Shown in pieces: positions 9,635-18,185 of a stretch of DNA of 64,000 nt (its first letter is position 1; each line of letters starts with the position of its first letter). Below the pieces are notes generated by a model, which was given only the letters and a program-made list of their open reading frames with translations, made no database searches and was not told where the DNA came from. Position numbers and translations under genes: made by a program. The stretch is from assembly GCA_026707945.1 (NCBI GenBank), contig JAPOVV010000025.1:50564-114563 (forward strand). The letters run 5' to 3'. The stretch comes from Gammaproteobacteria bacterium. Lineage in GTDB: Bacteria; Pseudomonadota; Gammaproteobacteria; Pseudomonadales; Azotimanducaceae.

Positions 9635-10630
9635 ATGAATCAAGTGACTACCTCATTGCGCCACAACTGGCAAAAAGACGAAATTCTCGCCTTGTTCGAG
9701 AGGCCGTTCAATGACTTGATGTTCGAGGCGCATTCCATCCACCGCGAGAACTTTGACCCCAACAAAGTCCAACTTAGCACCTTACTCAGTATCAAGACCG
9801 GTGGCTGTCCAGAGGACTGTAAATATTGTCCCCAGAGCGTACATTTTGATACCGGATTAGACGTCCATGGTCTATTGCCAATCGAGGATGTTGTTCAAGC
9901 CGCACGAAACGCCAAAGCGGATGGCGCTTCGCGATTCTGTATGGGAGCCGCCTGGCGTAGCCCTACGACCCGACAAGTAGAGCAGGTTGCTACACTCATT
10001 CGCGCGGTCAACGACGAAGGACTTGAGACCTGTGTAACGCTAGGTATGTTGAGTGACGACAAGGCTCAATGTCTTGCTGATGCGGGATTGGCGTACTACA
10101 ACCACAATCTCGATACGTCTCCCGAGTATTACGGTGACATCATCACGACCCGTACGTACCAGGATCGCCTCGACACGCTCTCAGCCGTTCGAGAGGCCGG
10201 TATCAACGTATGTTGCGGTGGTATCGTGGGTATGGGTGAGTCTCGAGAAGACCGTGCTGGATTGCTCCAGCAACTCGCTAATCTTCCTCAGCACCCCGAG
10301 TCCGTACCAATCAATATGTTAGTTCGGGTAGAGGGTACGCCGCTCAACGATACAGAATCTATTTCAAGTATTGAATTCGTACGCACAGTTTGCGTTGCAA
10401 GGATTCTCATGCCCCGATCGTTCGTGCGACTATCCGCTGGTAGAACCGATATGAACGACGAAGCACAAGCGCTTTGTTACCTTGCGGGGGCAAATTCGAT
10501 TTTCTGCGGTGAACGATTACTTACCACACCGAATCCCGAAAACGAAGAAGACAAGCTTCTATTCGACCAGCTCGGAATCAAGCCTCTGGATATCGCGAAC
10601 GAGGAAGCACCGTTCCGTGCTGTACTTTGA
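9635..10630 (+). CDS. bioB: Biotin synthase
   Basis: Radical-SAM CxxxCxxC motif (CPEDCKYC). Colinear with BioB throughout. Confidence 0.95.
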   Translation: MNQVTTSLRHNWQKDEILALFERPFNDLMFEAHSIHRENFDPNKVQLSTLLSIKTGGCPEDCKYCPQSVHFDTGLDVHGLLPIEDVVQAARNAKADGASRFCMGAAWRSPTTRQVEQVATLIRAVNDEGLETCVTLGMLSDDKAQCLADAGLAYYNHNLDTSPEYYGDIITTRTYQDRLDTLSAVREAGINVCCGGIVGMGESREDRAGLLQQLANLPQHPESVPINMLVRVEGTPLNDTESISSIEFVRTVCVARILMPRSFVRLSAGRTDMNDEAQALCYLAGANSIFCGERLLTTPNPENEEDKLLFDQLGIKPLDIANEEAPFRAVL

Positions 10631-11066
10631 TGACATCGAAGTCGGGTATCACAGCAGGGTAGGTTCCTACACACTTACCGAATCAGAAGTCGTCGAGTTC
10701 GCCTCTACGTGGGATCCTCAACCCTTCCATATTGATAAAGACGCCGCGTCCGCATCGATTTTCGGCGGGTTAACCGCATCGTCCCTACATCTTTTTGCGA
10801 TCTGCACCCGATTGTTCTTCGATCATGAGGATCGCATTCAGATTCTCGCTATGCTCGGCAAGGAAGCTATCCGCATTCCAAATCCCGCGCGTCCGGGTGA
10901 CGTACTAACCTATACCACGGAGTGCGTCCAGAAAAAACCCTCTTCTTCACGACCCGATCGTGGCGTCATTACGTTAAAGGACACCTTAGCCAATCAACAT
11001 GGCCAAGCCGTCCTGACCCAAGAAGTCGCTTTACTCGTCGCGCGTCGGAACCATCGATCAGTTTAA
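10617..11066 (+). CDS. MaoC-like (R)-hydratase, hot-dog fold
   Basis: In-frame GTG 10617 gives [11 protein letters not shown]...[20 protein letters not shown], a typical MaoC N-terminus. It overlaps the bioB stop by 14 nt. Track ORF residues upstream of this start overlap bioB. Confidence 0.75.
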   Translation: MLYFDDIEVGYHSRVGSYTLTESEVVEFASTWDPQPFHIDKDAASASIFGGLTASSLHLFAICTRLFFDHEDRIQILAMLGKEAIRIPNPARPGDVLTYTTECVQKKPSSSRPDRGVITLKDTLANQHGQAVLTQEVALLVARRNHRSV

Positions 11067-11220
11067 CCACTCGGTTAAACAACATCCCGACTGTAAGACG
11101 AGCGGATCGTCCCCGACCCTGGTAACGAACATACGCTAGCCGAGCACTTCCCTTGATTTAAGGACTTGAGCACATCTCGCTAGTGAGTAATTTCACCTAC
11201 TCTGTCTTACGGATGGCTTT

Positions 11221-11856
11221 TTAAAAGTCGAAACGAAATCCTGCCGTCACACTCGTGACGATATCAGGCTCGGACAAAAAGTAATTTGAAACTTCAATGA
11301 CACCCGACCAGCGCTGAGAGAGTGCGCGACGGTACGCGAGTGCGACCATTGGTTTCACTTCGTTATTTCTTGAGATCGTGTAGCGTGTCTGTCCTAGTCG
11401 ACGCTGATTTTCAATTGATGCTCGGGTAATTCCGAACTTTGCGTCAACGCTATCCGTTACGTTTACGTTGAACTCACGACTCATAACTAATGACAGGAAG
11501 TGACTTCTTACGGAGTTGAACGTGTCTGGAGACTCGTCGTAAGAGAAAAGCTGAAGATGATCGTCTGGACCTATCGCATACTGTAGCGCTAAGGATGTTC
11601 GAGGCGAAACTCGGACACCTATTCCGATTTTTCCAGAAAGCAAAGTATGTTTGAGTTCGTAGAAATCGTTTTGCTCGGGAATGTCATCGAACCCAATAGC
11701 TACGTTATCACTGAAGCGACCATACTCGATCGACAGGAACCAATCTTTGTTCTTTAATAGGTTCAACGTGTTCGAATCTAGCTCTTCCCCTGACACGCCG
11801 CTTGATGTAAAAACTAACCCGACAGCGACCAGCACAATGATCAGATATTCTTTCAT
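11221..11856 (-). CDS. Outer-membrane beta-barrel protein (small OMP family)
   Basis: Internal ATG 11856 yields signal peptide MKEYLIIVLVAVGLVFTSSG. Alternating-polarity strands and a C-terminal AGFRFDF aromatic terminus. Start choice among 11856, 11862 and 11904 is uncertain. Confidence 0.6.
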   Translation of the reverse strand: MKEYLIIVLVAVGLVFTSSGVSGEELDSNTLNLLKNKDWFLSIEYGRFSDNVAIGFDDIPEQNDFYELKHTLLSGKIGIGVRVSPRTSLALQYAIGPDDHLQLFSYDESPDTFNSVRSHFLSLVMSREFNVNVTDSVDAKFGITRASIENQRRLGQTRYTISRNNEVKPMVALAYRRALSQRWSGVIEVSNYFLSEPDIVTSVTAGFRFDF

Positions 11857-12029
11857 TCCCATTAACCCAAAATAATGCAAATTGATCCCATTTGACCCAT
11901 TCAAATCGAAAAAAATTCGTTTTTTCTTCCACGTGGGGACTTTTGTTCGTAATTACTTCATCTCCGTTAGCACAGTTTTGGGTCCAATAACCCTGTGATG
12001 TGCGATCGATGCTCGATTCATCAGAGACG

Positions 12030-12131
12030 TTAAAACTCATCCCAAGGGTTCACGACTTCAATACCAGTATCCTCGAAATCTCTGTCGGTGCGAACCAGTT
12101 CAGATACTACATTGGTATCGAGAATAAACAT
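12030..12131 (-). pseudogene. VapC/FitB-type PIN toxin remnant, 33 codons, in-frame internal deletion
   Basis: I translated this manually. ATG 12131 lies 4 nt after the antitoxin stop. The product is MFILDTNVVSELVRTDRDFEDTGIEVVNPWDEF*. It keeps the PIN N-terminus (LDTNV.SE) and the typical VapC/FitB C-terminus (DFE..GI..VNPW), but the roughly 100-aa core is missing. Confidence 0.6.
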
Positions 12132-12135
12132 CTAC

Positions 12136-12384
12136 TTAGTGGAAAGTGAAAATCGGTGGTTCCTCCAATCGGCGTCGGGGGAGTTCAATCTTGAAAGGTT
12201 CGACGCCTGCGAAGCACTCTCTCGTAAACGCTACTAGGTCGCCGGTGATCGGTTCTTCTTCCGTCACAGCTTCACGCAAGATGGCCAGCGCTTCCTCCTC
12301 TATTGAACGATTATGTTTTGCTGCACGCATCTTTAGACGCGCTTTGCTTTTGTCGTCGAGATTTCGAATCGTAATGCTTGCCAT
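12136..12384 (-). CDS. Ribbon-helix-helix antitoxin (FitA/VapB/Arc-type)
   Basis: 82-aa ORF starting MASITIRNLDDKSKARLKMRAAKHNRSIEEEALAILREAV, which matches the RHH antitoxin consensus. It sits directly upstream of the PIN remnant. Confidence 0.8.
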   Translation of the reverse strand: MASITIRNLDDKSKARLKMRAAKHNRSIEEEALAILREAVTEEEPITGDLVAFTRECFAGVEPFKIELPRRRLEEPPIFTFH

Positions 12385-12601
12385 GGATCTTCTACTCTAT
12401 ACATATTTACATGGTAATTTCTGCACAGTCAATCCTAAACAAACTTCTAAATAAACGCGAAACCAAATTCTTGGCGATCCTTTTGGAGCAATTGCTCTTA
12501 ACGACGAACGTTCTGAACGAAGCCGACGATCTGATGCGAATAGTCTTTGTCCGCATGTTGCTTTGCGACATTGAATAGGCTCATTGCCTCCAGGAATGTC
12601 C

Positions 12602-14071
12602 TCAGAATGGTCGCTGATTGTCTGTATGGGCACACCAGCGCGAGGTTCGCAGAAACGGCAGGAGTTCAGCTAAGGCCGTTTTAGTACCTATCCGCTCAAG
12701 CGCTTCTGCTGCGTAGCCGCTAACGTAGCGATTGGTGTCGTAGAGCGCCGCTCCAAGTGCTGGCACGCTCTTTGCCTTCAGAGTGGTACTCGTACGCGTC
12801 GTCGCACGCATGAGCGACAAAGCCGCATCAAACCTCACTTCGGATGCCGGATCTTTCAAAGCTCCCAACATACCATCTACGCCTAATCCAGTTGGTTGTA
12901 GTAATCCAAGCGCTTCAATGGCAGCTACTCGCACATGGACTTCCTCGTCATGCAATGCCTGTACTAAACCTGAGGTCGCCGATTTGTCTCCTATCTCCCC
13001 CAGCGCAAATGCCGCATGTTTTCGAGCACGGTCGACTCCGTTTTTAAGTGTCGCAAGCAAGCCGTGAACCGCAGGTCGACCGATATGCACCAAAGCATGC
13101 GCAGCGTTTCTTGCAACCGCATCGTCGCGCCACAACGAGCCGTTATCCGAATACCGACGTTTTTCGTTGTAACCATTTGGATTGGATTGCAACGCATCGA
13201 GAAGGGGCGGTACCGCAAATTCGCCGCACTTTGCCAATTCGTACGAAGCTCGAATACCCTGCCACTCATCCGATTTTCCAAGACCGTTGATTGTCGTCGC
13301 CTTAGCGCGATTCTTACCAAAATCAACGCTTGAATCCGACCCGACTAACCAATCCCAAATACTCTCCCATACAGGGGAAAGGTCAGGCTTAACGACTCGT
13401 TTTGGCGCAATCCATACGCCTCGATCCGCAGGCTCCGGCTGACGCAAGCGGGTGAACTCAAACTTGAACATATACCGATTCATTTCAGTCTGGTTCAGCA
13501 TCTTTCGATGCCAAATGTCGTAGTGAATCAGCACCAAGCTACCAGCCTTGCCACTAATCGACGCAGGAATGCAATAGTCCGCAGGTTGCTGATTTAGATG
13601 CTGACTCCCGCTCATGACCGCAGTTGGACCTTTCCTAACCGGCGTACTTTGCGGAAAGTACATGATCATGACCCACCATGGACGGTGGTTTCTAACACGT
13701 CGAACATAACCCCAGTAGCTGTCTTTGTGGAAGCCCTGTTCTGGACTGCCTGGTGGGTTCGAATGCAGCGCTCGATGGGGGTGCATGCTGTATTCCTTCC
13801 CTAACACCGTTTGAAGAGCACCCTTTACGATCGGATCTTCAAAGAGTTCGCCGATTTCGGGTACCAGCGGTAGCAGGTTATTACCAAAGTGACCGTGCGA
13901 TTGACTTATCTGATCAAAGCGCTCAAAAATCAATCGATGGTAGGACGCCGGCAAACTCGACTGAAGTGGGAGAAATCCAGCCGCAATGAACTGACGCAAC
14001 TGCTCATTGGAGAGCGGAACAGGAGTAGTTCGAGCGTTGTGATCGCGCGCTTCGGTTGGATAAAGACGCAT
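12602..14071 (-). CDS. Fe(II)/2-oxoglutarate dioxygenase (PhyH family) fused to C-terminal HEAT-like repeats
   Basis: N-terminal half has HxD (GFHKDSYW) and a distal His (IHYDIWHRK). C-terminal ~200 aa carries repeated PBS-lyase/HEAT-like units (ARNAAHALVHIGRPAV, ARKHAAFALGEIGDKSA, VRVAAIEALGLL, VRFDAALSLMR, SGYAAEALERIGTKTA). The start overlaps the upstream stop (TAATG). Confidence 0.75.
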   Translation of the reverse strand: MRLYPTEARDHNARTTPVPLSNEQLRQFIAAGFLPLQSSLPASYHRLIFERFDQISQSHGHFGNNLLPLVPEIGELFEDPIVKGALQTVLGKEYSMHPHRALHSNPPGSPEQGFHKDSYWGYVRRVRNHRPWWVMIMYFPQSTPVRKGPTAVMSGSQHLNQQPADYCIPASISGKAGSLVLIHYDIWHRKMLNQTEMNRYMFKFEFTRLRQPEPADRGVWIAPKRVVKPDLSPVWESIWDWLVGSDSSVDFGKNRAKATTINGLGKSDEWQGIRASYELAKCGEFAVPPLLDALQSNPNGYNEKRRYSDNGSLWRDDAVARNAAHALVHIGRPAVHGLLATLKNGVDRARKHAAFALGEIGDKSATSGLVQALHDEEVHVRVAAIEALGLLQPTGLGVDGMLGALKDPASEVRFDAALSLMRATTRTSTTLKAKSVPALGAALYDTNRYVSGYAAEALERIGTKTALAELLPFLRTSRWCAHTDNQRPF

Positions 14072-14892
14072 TAGATGTTCGTCGCGAAGGGTATTTGCCC
14101 TTCACACCTTGGTCGTCTACCCCACACCATCAATCCAGGTCGCCCATGCGACTGACCTGCGAATTGCACGTTTTCTGGATTGCGATAGCCAACTCGAACC
14201 AGCCGACGTATCGTCCTCGAGGTGTTGATCCGTGAGCCATGGATCATGTGGATGCTAAATACGACCACATCCCCTCGTTTAGCTGGTACTGGAACTGTGT
14301 CCTCGAGATCCCACTCCCCTGTTGGCAGATGAGGTGTACAAGATCGACCGTCAGGGAATTCGACGACGTGCTCGAGTGGCCCTTCTTTGTGAGAGCCATC
14401 TAAGAAACGGATGCATCCATTAGTGTCGTCTGTGTCGTCTAAATGAATCAAGCAATCTACATATCTGCCATCGTGATGCTTGTAGAAAGCCCAGTCTTGA
14501 TGCATTGGAAATGGATGCCCGGTCGCGGGCGGCTTGGCATGCAGCGTCGTGTGATGCAGTTCGATATTCGGTCCAATCAGATCCGCGATTGCGCCCGCAA
14601 GCTTTGGATGGGTAACGGCATCGCACCACGCTTTTGAATACCTGTGTAAGTCGTGTAACGCGACGAGCTTGGACTGTTTCTCTACAGCTTCGCTCATATA
14701 CACACGTCGCCAACCGCCGCTCCAACCAGGACTGGCGTTCGCCCACGTCTCGATCTGCCAATCAAGCTCCTCCGCCATCGTATCGATTTCCCTATCGGAA
14801 TAAACGGCCGGGATATGAAGAAAACCGTGCTTGCGATAAAAATCGACGTCGCTCAGTGAAAGAACATTCGGTCTATTCACGGTCTGAATCAT
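14071..14892 (-). CDS. Phytanoyl-CoA dioxygenase (PhyH) family Fe(II)/2OG oxygenase
   Basis: HxD motif (PMHQDWAF) and distal His (IHMIHGSRIN). I prefer ATG 14892 (MIQTVNRPNV...) because GGAG lies 7 nt upstream. The track ORF extends to 14952. Confidence 0.8.
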   Translation of the reverse strand: MIQTVNRPNVLSLSDVDFYRKHGFLHIPAVYSDREIDTMAEELDWQIETWANASPGWSGGWRRVYMSEAVEKQSKLVALHDLHRYSKAWCDAVTHPKLAGAIADLIGPNIELHHTTLHAKPPATGHPFPMHQDWAFYKHHDGRYVDCLIHLDDTDDTNGCIRFLDGSHKEGPLEHVVEFPDGRSCTPHLPTGEWDLEDTVPVPAKRGDVVVFSIHMIHGSRINTSRTIRRLVRVGYRNPENVQFAGQSHGRPGLMVWGRRPRCEGQIPFATNI

Positions 14893-14993
14893 GCTGCTAC
14901 TCCGAGACATTAATCGCACGACAACTACATTGGAGATGAATGTAACGCGCAAGGTTTGACATTTTGAAGACGAGCCATTGGGGGTAGTTCGAT

Positions 14994-15989
14994 TTAGTCG
15001 TAACTTGGATCAATCATCCATTCCTCAAGATGGTCGATCACGTGATCCATCGTCTGGTAGCGTAAACCCGGTTCATGTGCGACGCAACTCATACAAATCT
15101 CCGACAAGTGCGCGGAGACTGGTACACCTCCCATACGAGCCGCAGGAGCAGGAATACGGCCGCGTCGCACAAAATCCAATACGCGACTAACCGTGTCACC
15201 CTGCACCATCCTGCGTAGCGTAAGTAGCTCGTACAAAATCGCCCCAAGACTATAGATATCAGATCGATGATCTACATCGTTGTGATTGACTAGCTGCTCT
15301 GGAGACATGTAGGCGGGGGTCGCGTCAAGGGGCGACTGCGCCGTTAACGTAACGGCTTCGTCTTTGGGTACCACGATTCGTGGTTTGTGCATTTCGAATT
15401 TGGGTTCCTCGCCCTTTCCCCAAACTTTTGCCAAGCCCCAATCGAGCAACAGTACTTCGTCAAATGCGCCGATCAGGATGTTCTCTGGCTTGACATCGCG
15501 ATGGACGACACCGTGTTGGTGAGCGTAGTGCAGCGCGTGCCCCACTTGGGATAGCACGTTGATCAGTTTCATCAATGAATGACCGCCTACGTTATGCGAC
15601 CCTGCTTCGGCACACGAATCCAAAATCTCGCGCATGGTCGCGCCATATACCAACTTCATGGTGAAATAAGGGTGCCCGTCCGAACTTCGACCTAACTCAT
15701 ACGTAGGTATCGTGTTAGGGTGCTGCAGCATCGCAGTGACGCGAGCTTCTCGCACGAAACGACGCTGCTGCATAGGATCATCGGCTAGTTCAGACCGCAA
15801 CTCCTTATAGCAGATCGTGCGCATAAGATGAAGATCCTTGCACGAACTTATGATGCACGTTCCGCCTTTTGCGATCGTCTTGAAGTAGGCGTATCGCATC
15901 CGTGAATCGGGATGCTTCGACAAGAGATGATCTGTGTCTTCTAATGTGACCCGTGGATAAGCAGTTTCACGGGTTGGATACCGAGACAT
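14994..15989 (-). CDS. Hanks-type serine/threonine protein kinase, kinase domain only
   Basis: Catalytic loop HRDVKPENILIG. DWG in place of DFG (LLLDWGLAK). SPE motif (AYMSPEQ). Invariant-Lys context ICYKEL. No TM segment or sensor domain. Confidence 0.9.
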   Translation of the reverse strand: MSRYPTRETAYPRVTLEDTDHLLSKHPDSRMRYAYFKTIAKGGTCIISSCKDLHLMRTICYKELRSELADDPMQQRRFVREARVTAMLQHPNTIPTYELGRSSDGHPYFTMKLVYGATMREILDSCAEAGSHNVGGHSLMKLINVLSQVGHALHYAHQHGVVHRDVKPENILIGAFDEVLLLDWGLAKVWGKGEEPKFEMHKPRIVVPKDEAVTLTAQSPLDATPAYMSPEQLVNHNDVDHRSDIYSLGAILYELLTLRRMVQGDTVSRVLDFVRRGRIPAPAARMGGVPVSAHLSEICMSCVAHEPGLRYQTMDHVIDHLEEWMIDPSYD

Positions 15990-16153
15990 TTAAGCTTGTA
16001 CCAGATATTTGGTGCTGAATGCTACACCTGACAAGGAGGACAAATGACGCAGTACTTGCCAAACTAACTTCCATTATCTTCCACGATTTTCCATCGGTTC
16101 TTCACGGTAAGCGTTTCTAAACTTGGGTTTTTGCTTTCGTACTGGCAAGTGGA

Positions 16154-16528
16154 TTGACGGCTGCGATATCACCTTCTACTCTACTACAAGAAGAATTTAG
16201 CGAACGAATACAGCTTTCACGCCGCGCACGGCAAAGACTTGCCCAGTTCGACCGTGTCAGTCTTAGTCAGCATACTGAGATGCGGGTGCGTCAGCGCGGT
16301 ATTTCCGAACTACAGATCGTGATCATGCTCTTGTTTGGAAATTCGTCTCCCGCCGGCGCAGCCGAACGATCATTCGCGCTCGACCAAGCAAGTCGGCAAG
16401 AGCTGCAGCGTGCGCTTGGTAGCCAGTATGCCCGTGTTTGCGACAGACTCGACTATTACCTCATCGTGAATCCGAGTGCGAAATGCGTTGTCACGTGCTG
16501 TCATCGACTAAAGCGTCCACATCGATGA
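16154..16528 (+). CDS. Small protein with a DUF4258-like motif
   Basis: HTEMRVRQRGISELQIVIMLLFG matches the H...R...RGIS core of DUF4258. The TTG start is uncertain and an internal ATG at MRVRQRG is possible. Confidence 0.45.
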   Translation: MTAAISPSTLLQEEFSERIQLSRRARQRLAQFDRVSLSQHTEMRVRQRGISELQIVIMLLFGNSSPAGAAERSFALDQASRQELQRALGSQYARVCDRLDYYLIVNPSAKCVVTCCHRLKRPHR

Positions 16529-16639
16529 GGCGAGTTTCGAACTGAACTAATGTCCTACGAACTACTCTAAACTGACAAATCACATGCCGCTCCTCGAAGT
16601 GGCTTCTAAAATCCGCCTTCTTCTCTTCCAAGGATCAAC

Positions 16640-17677
16640 GTGCGCGTCGCCATCGTCGTTTATATATTGCTAGTCGCGTTGGTCGCATTCAACGTCACAC
16701 AGGTGTTTGAACTCCCTGCCTGGATTGCTGCACCCGTAGTGCTAGTAGTCATCGGCGTCATAGCGATTGCCCATTTTGCAGTGGGCTCGTCAAATGTGCT
16801 CTATATGACACTAAGCACTATCAGCGTGATTAGTTTATTAGTTGTTAGCTTCACCGCATCACTACCCGCGTTCGCTGTAATCGACAACGGGAGCGGCTTG
16901 CAGTGGACAAGTAGCTTGATACCTCTATTCGTTTCGGCTATCGGGCTATACGGGGTTGGACTTTGGCTCAGGGCTGCAAGTGCAAGTCAAGCAGACGCAC
17001 TTGACTGGCTCGCAAACTTTCTAAGTGGACCTGGGCTTCTGCTATCACTTTTGACGGCACTCGTGTTAAGTGCAACGACGTTACTCGCACTTGAGTGGTT
17101 GGGCGAAACATGGTCCAGCTCGCAAGCCATCACTCGCCGCTTTCTAGAGCGCGGCATGATCCCACCCGCGACCGTACTGTTCTTTTATTGGGGCATGCTC
17201 ATTCTCGTTGGAAAATGGTGGAATACACTCTATCTTCGTGCTAGTCTCCAACGATGGCAGATCGGGCAAGAGTCGAACATCATCACGCATATTGATCGCA
17301 TCCGCGTGTTGTCCGACGATTCCGGCAGACTCGATGATCGACTAGAGTTCCTCTGGCGACGCCACGAGGAATCATTCACCGTACCCCGGTACATCGGGTG
17401 GGTTGTTCCAGTACTTGGCTTCATTGGCACGGTGCTCGGAATTTCCCTAGCCGCTGACGGTATTCGTAAGCTGATCGCTTCCGAATCAGGATTGAGTGGA
17501 CTATCCACGGAACTTGGCGCCGCTATTGCGCCGCTTGGCATTGCGTTCGATACTACTCTGATCGCGCTCTCGCTTAGCGTCCTGTTAATGCTGTCTCTAA
17601 CTCTGGTCCAGCGTAGTGAAGAGCGTGCGCTCAACACGCTAGAGCGACAACTGCGCGAAAGCGTTCGTGCCTTCTAA
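16640..17677 (+). CDS. MotA/TolQ/ExbB-family proton-channel protein with an extended N-terminal polytopic domain (about 8 TM)
   Basis: The C-terminal module PVLGFIGTVLGI...LGIAFDTTLIALSLSVLLM aligns with E. coli ExbB PFVGLFGTVWGI...PGIAEALLATAIGLVAAI. Six additional hydrophobic helices precede it. GTG start. Confidence 0.7.
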   Translation: MRVAIVVYILLVALVAFNVTQVFELPAWIAAPVVLVVIGVIAIAHFAVGSSNVLYMTLSTISVISLLVVSFTASLPAFAVIDNGSGLQWTSSLIPLFVSAIGLYGVGLWLRAASASQADALDWLANFLSGPGLLLSLLTALVLSATTLLALEWLGETWSSSQAITRRFLERGMIPPATVLFFYWGMLILVGKWWNTLYLRASLQRWQIGQESNIITHIDRIRVLSDDSGRLDDRLEFLWRRHEESFTVPRYIGWVVPVLGFIGTVLGISLAADGIRKLIASESGLSGLSTELGAAIAPLGIAFDTTLIALSLSVLLMLSLTLVQRSEERALNTLERQLRESVRAF

Positions 17678-18185
17678 GGAACGTCAGCCAGACGACGAAA
17701 GTAACGCGCCCATGATGGCGGTTTTTGGCGGGATGTTTGCGCTCATGCTGGTATTCCTACTTATCGTCAACATCTTTTCGGAATCGGCGGTTCGCGAACG
17801 CCTGCAAGACACTGCCGACGACGGTCTTTATCGAATTCAGAGCGAAACAGGCGGTTTTGGTTACGTCGTAATCGTGTTTCCGAGCACGCTCCGAATTGTT
17901 GAAACGGGCGAGGGAGTTGCGAGGGAGGAGATTTGCACACCGGGCAGTCCCTACCGTAACTATGCCGAACGAGTCTATCTAGATGGCGAGCAGCAACTGT
18001 TGTTCTTTGTCCTCGAAGGCAGCATTCCGATCATGGCAGAAGCTCGAAATTGCCTTGCGGCAATCTGGCCGGATCGCGAGATCAGGATTGGCTGGGTCAT
18101 TGCAGACAACGAGTTCTTGAAATCAGTGATGCTCGATGACATACCTTCGTATATTCGGGACTATACCGAAACTACAACACCATGA
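17667..18185 (+). CDS. Bitopic inner-membrane protein of ExbD/TolR-like size and topology (no membrane Asp)
   Basis: 172 aa: a charged N-terminus, one TM helix (MMAVFGGMFALMLVFLLIVNIF), then an ~130-aa periplasmic domain. Overlaps the upstream gene by 11 nt if GTG 17667 is used; the alternative start is ATG 17712. Confidence 0.55.
   Translation: MPSKERQPDDESNAPMMAVFGGMFALMLVFLLIVNIFSESAVRERLQDTADDGLYRIQSETGGFGYVVIVFPSTLRIVETGEGVAREEICTPGSPYRNYAERVYLDGEQQLLFFVLEGSIPIMAEARNCLAAIWPDREIRIGWVIADNEFLKSVMLDDIPSYIRDYTETTTP

Noticed and set aside
11060-11079. Palindrome GTTTAAC-6 nt-GTTAAAC at the MaoC stop
   Set aside because: The stem is short and AT-rich with no T-tract, so it is unlikely to be a functional terminator.
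11708-12040. 110-aa minus-strand ORF spanning the OMP gene start and the TA remnant
   Set aside because: It overlaps the OMP gene out of frame and begins inside the VapC-remnant ORF. It has no recognisable similarity.
12498-12584. 28-aa minus-strand mini-ORF with an adjacent GGAGG (MSLFNVAKQHADKDYSHQIVGFVQNVRR*)
   Set aside because: The SD-to-ATG spacing is only 2 nt and no family was recognised. It is probably noise within the AT-rich TA-remnant region.
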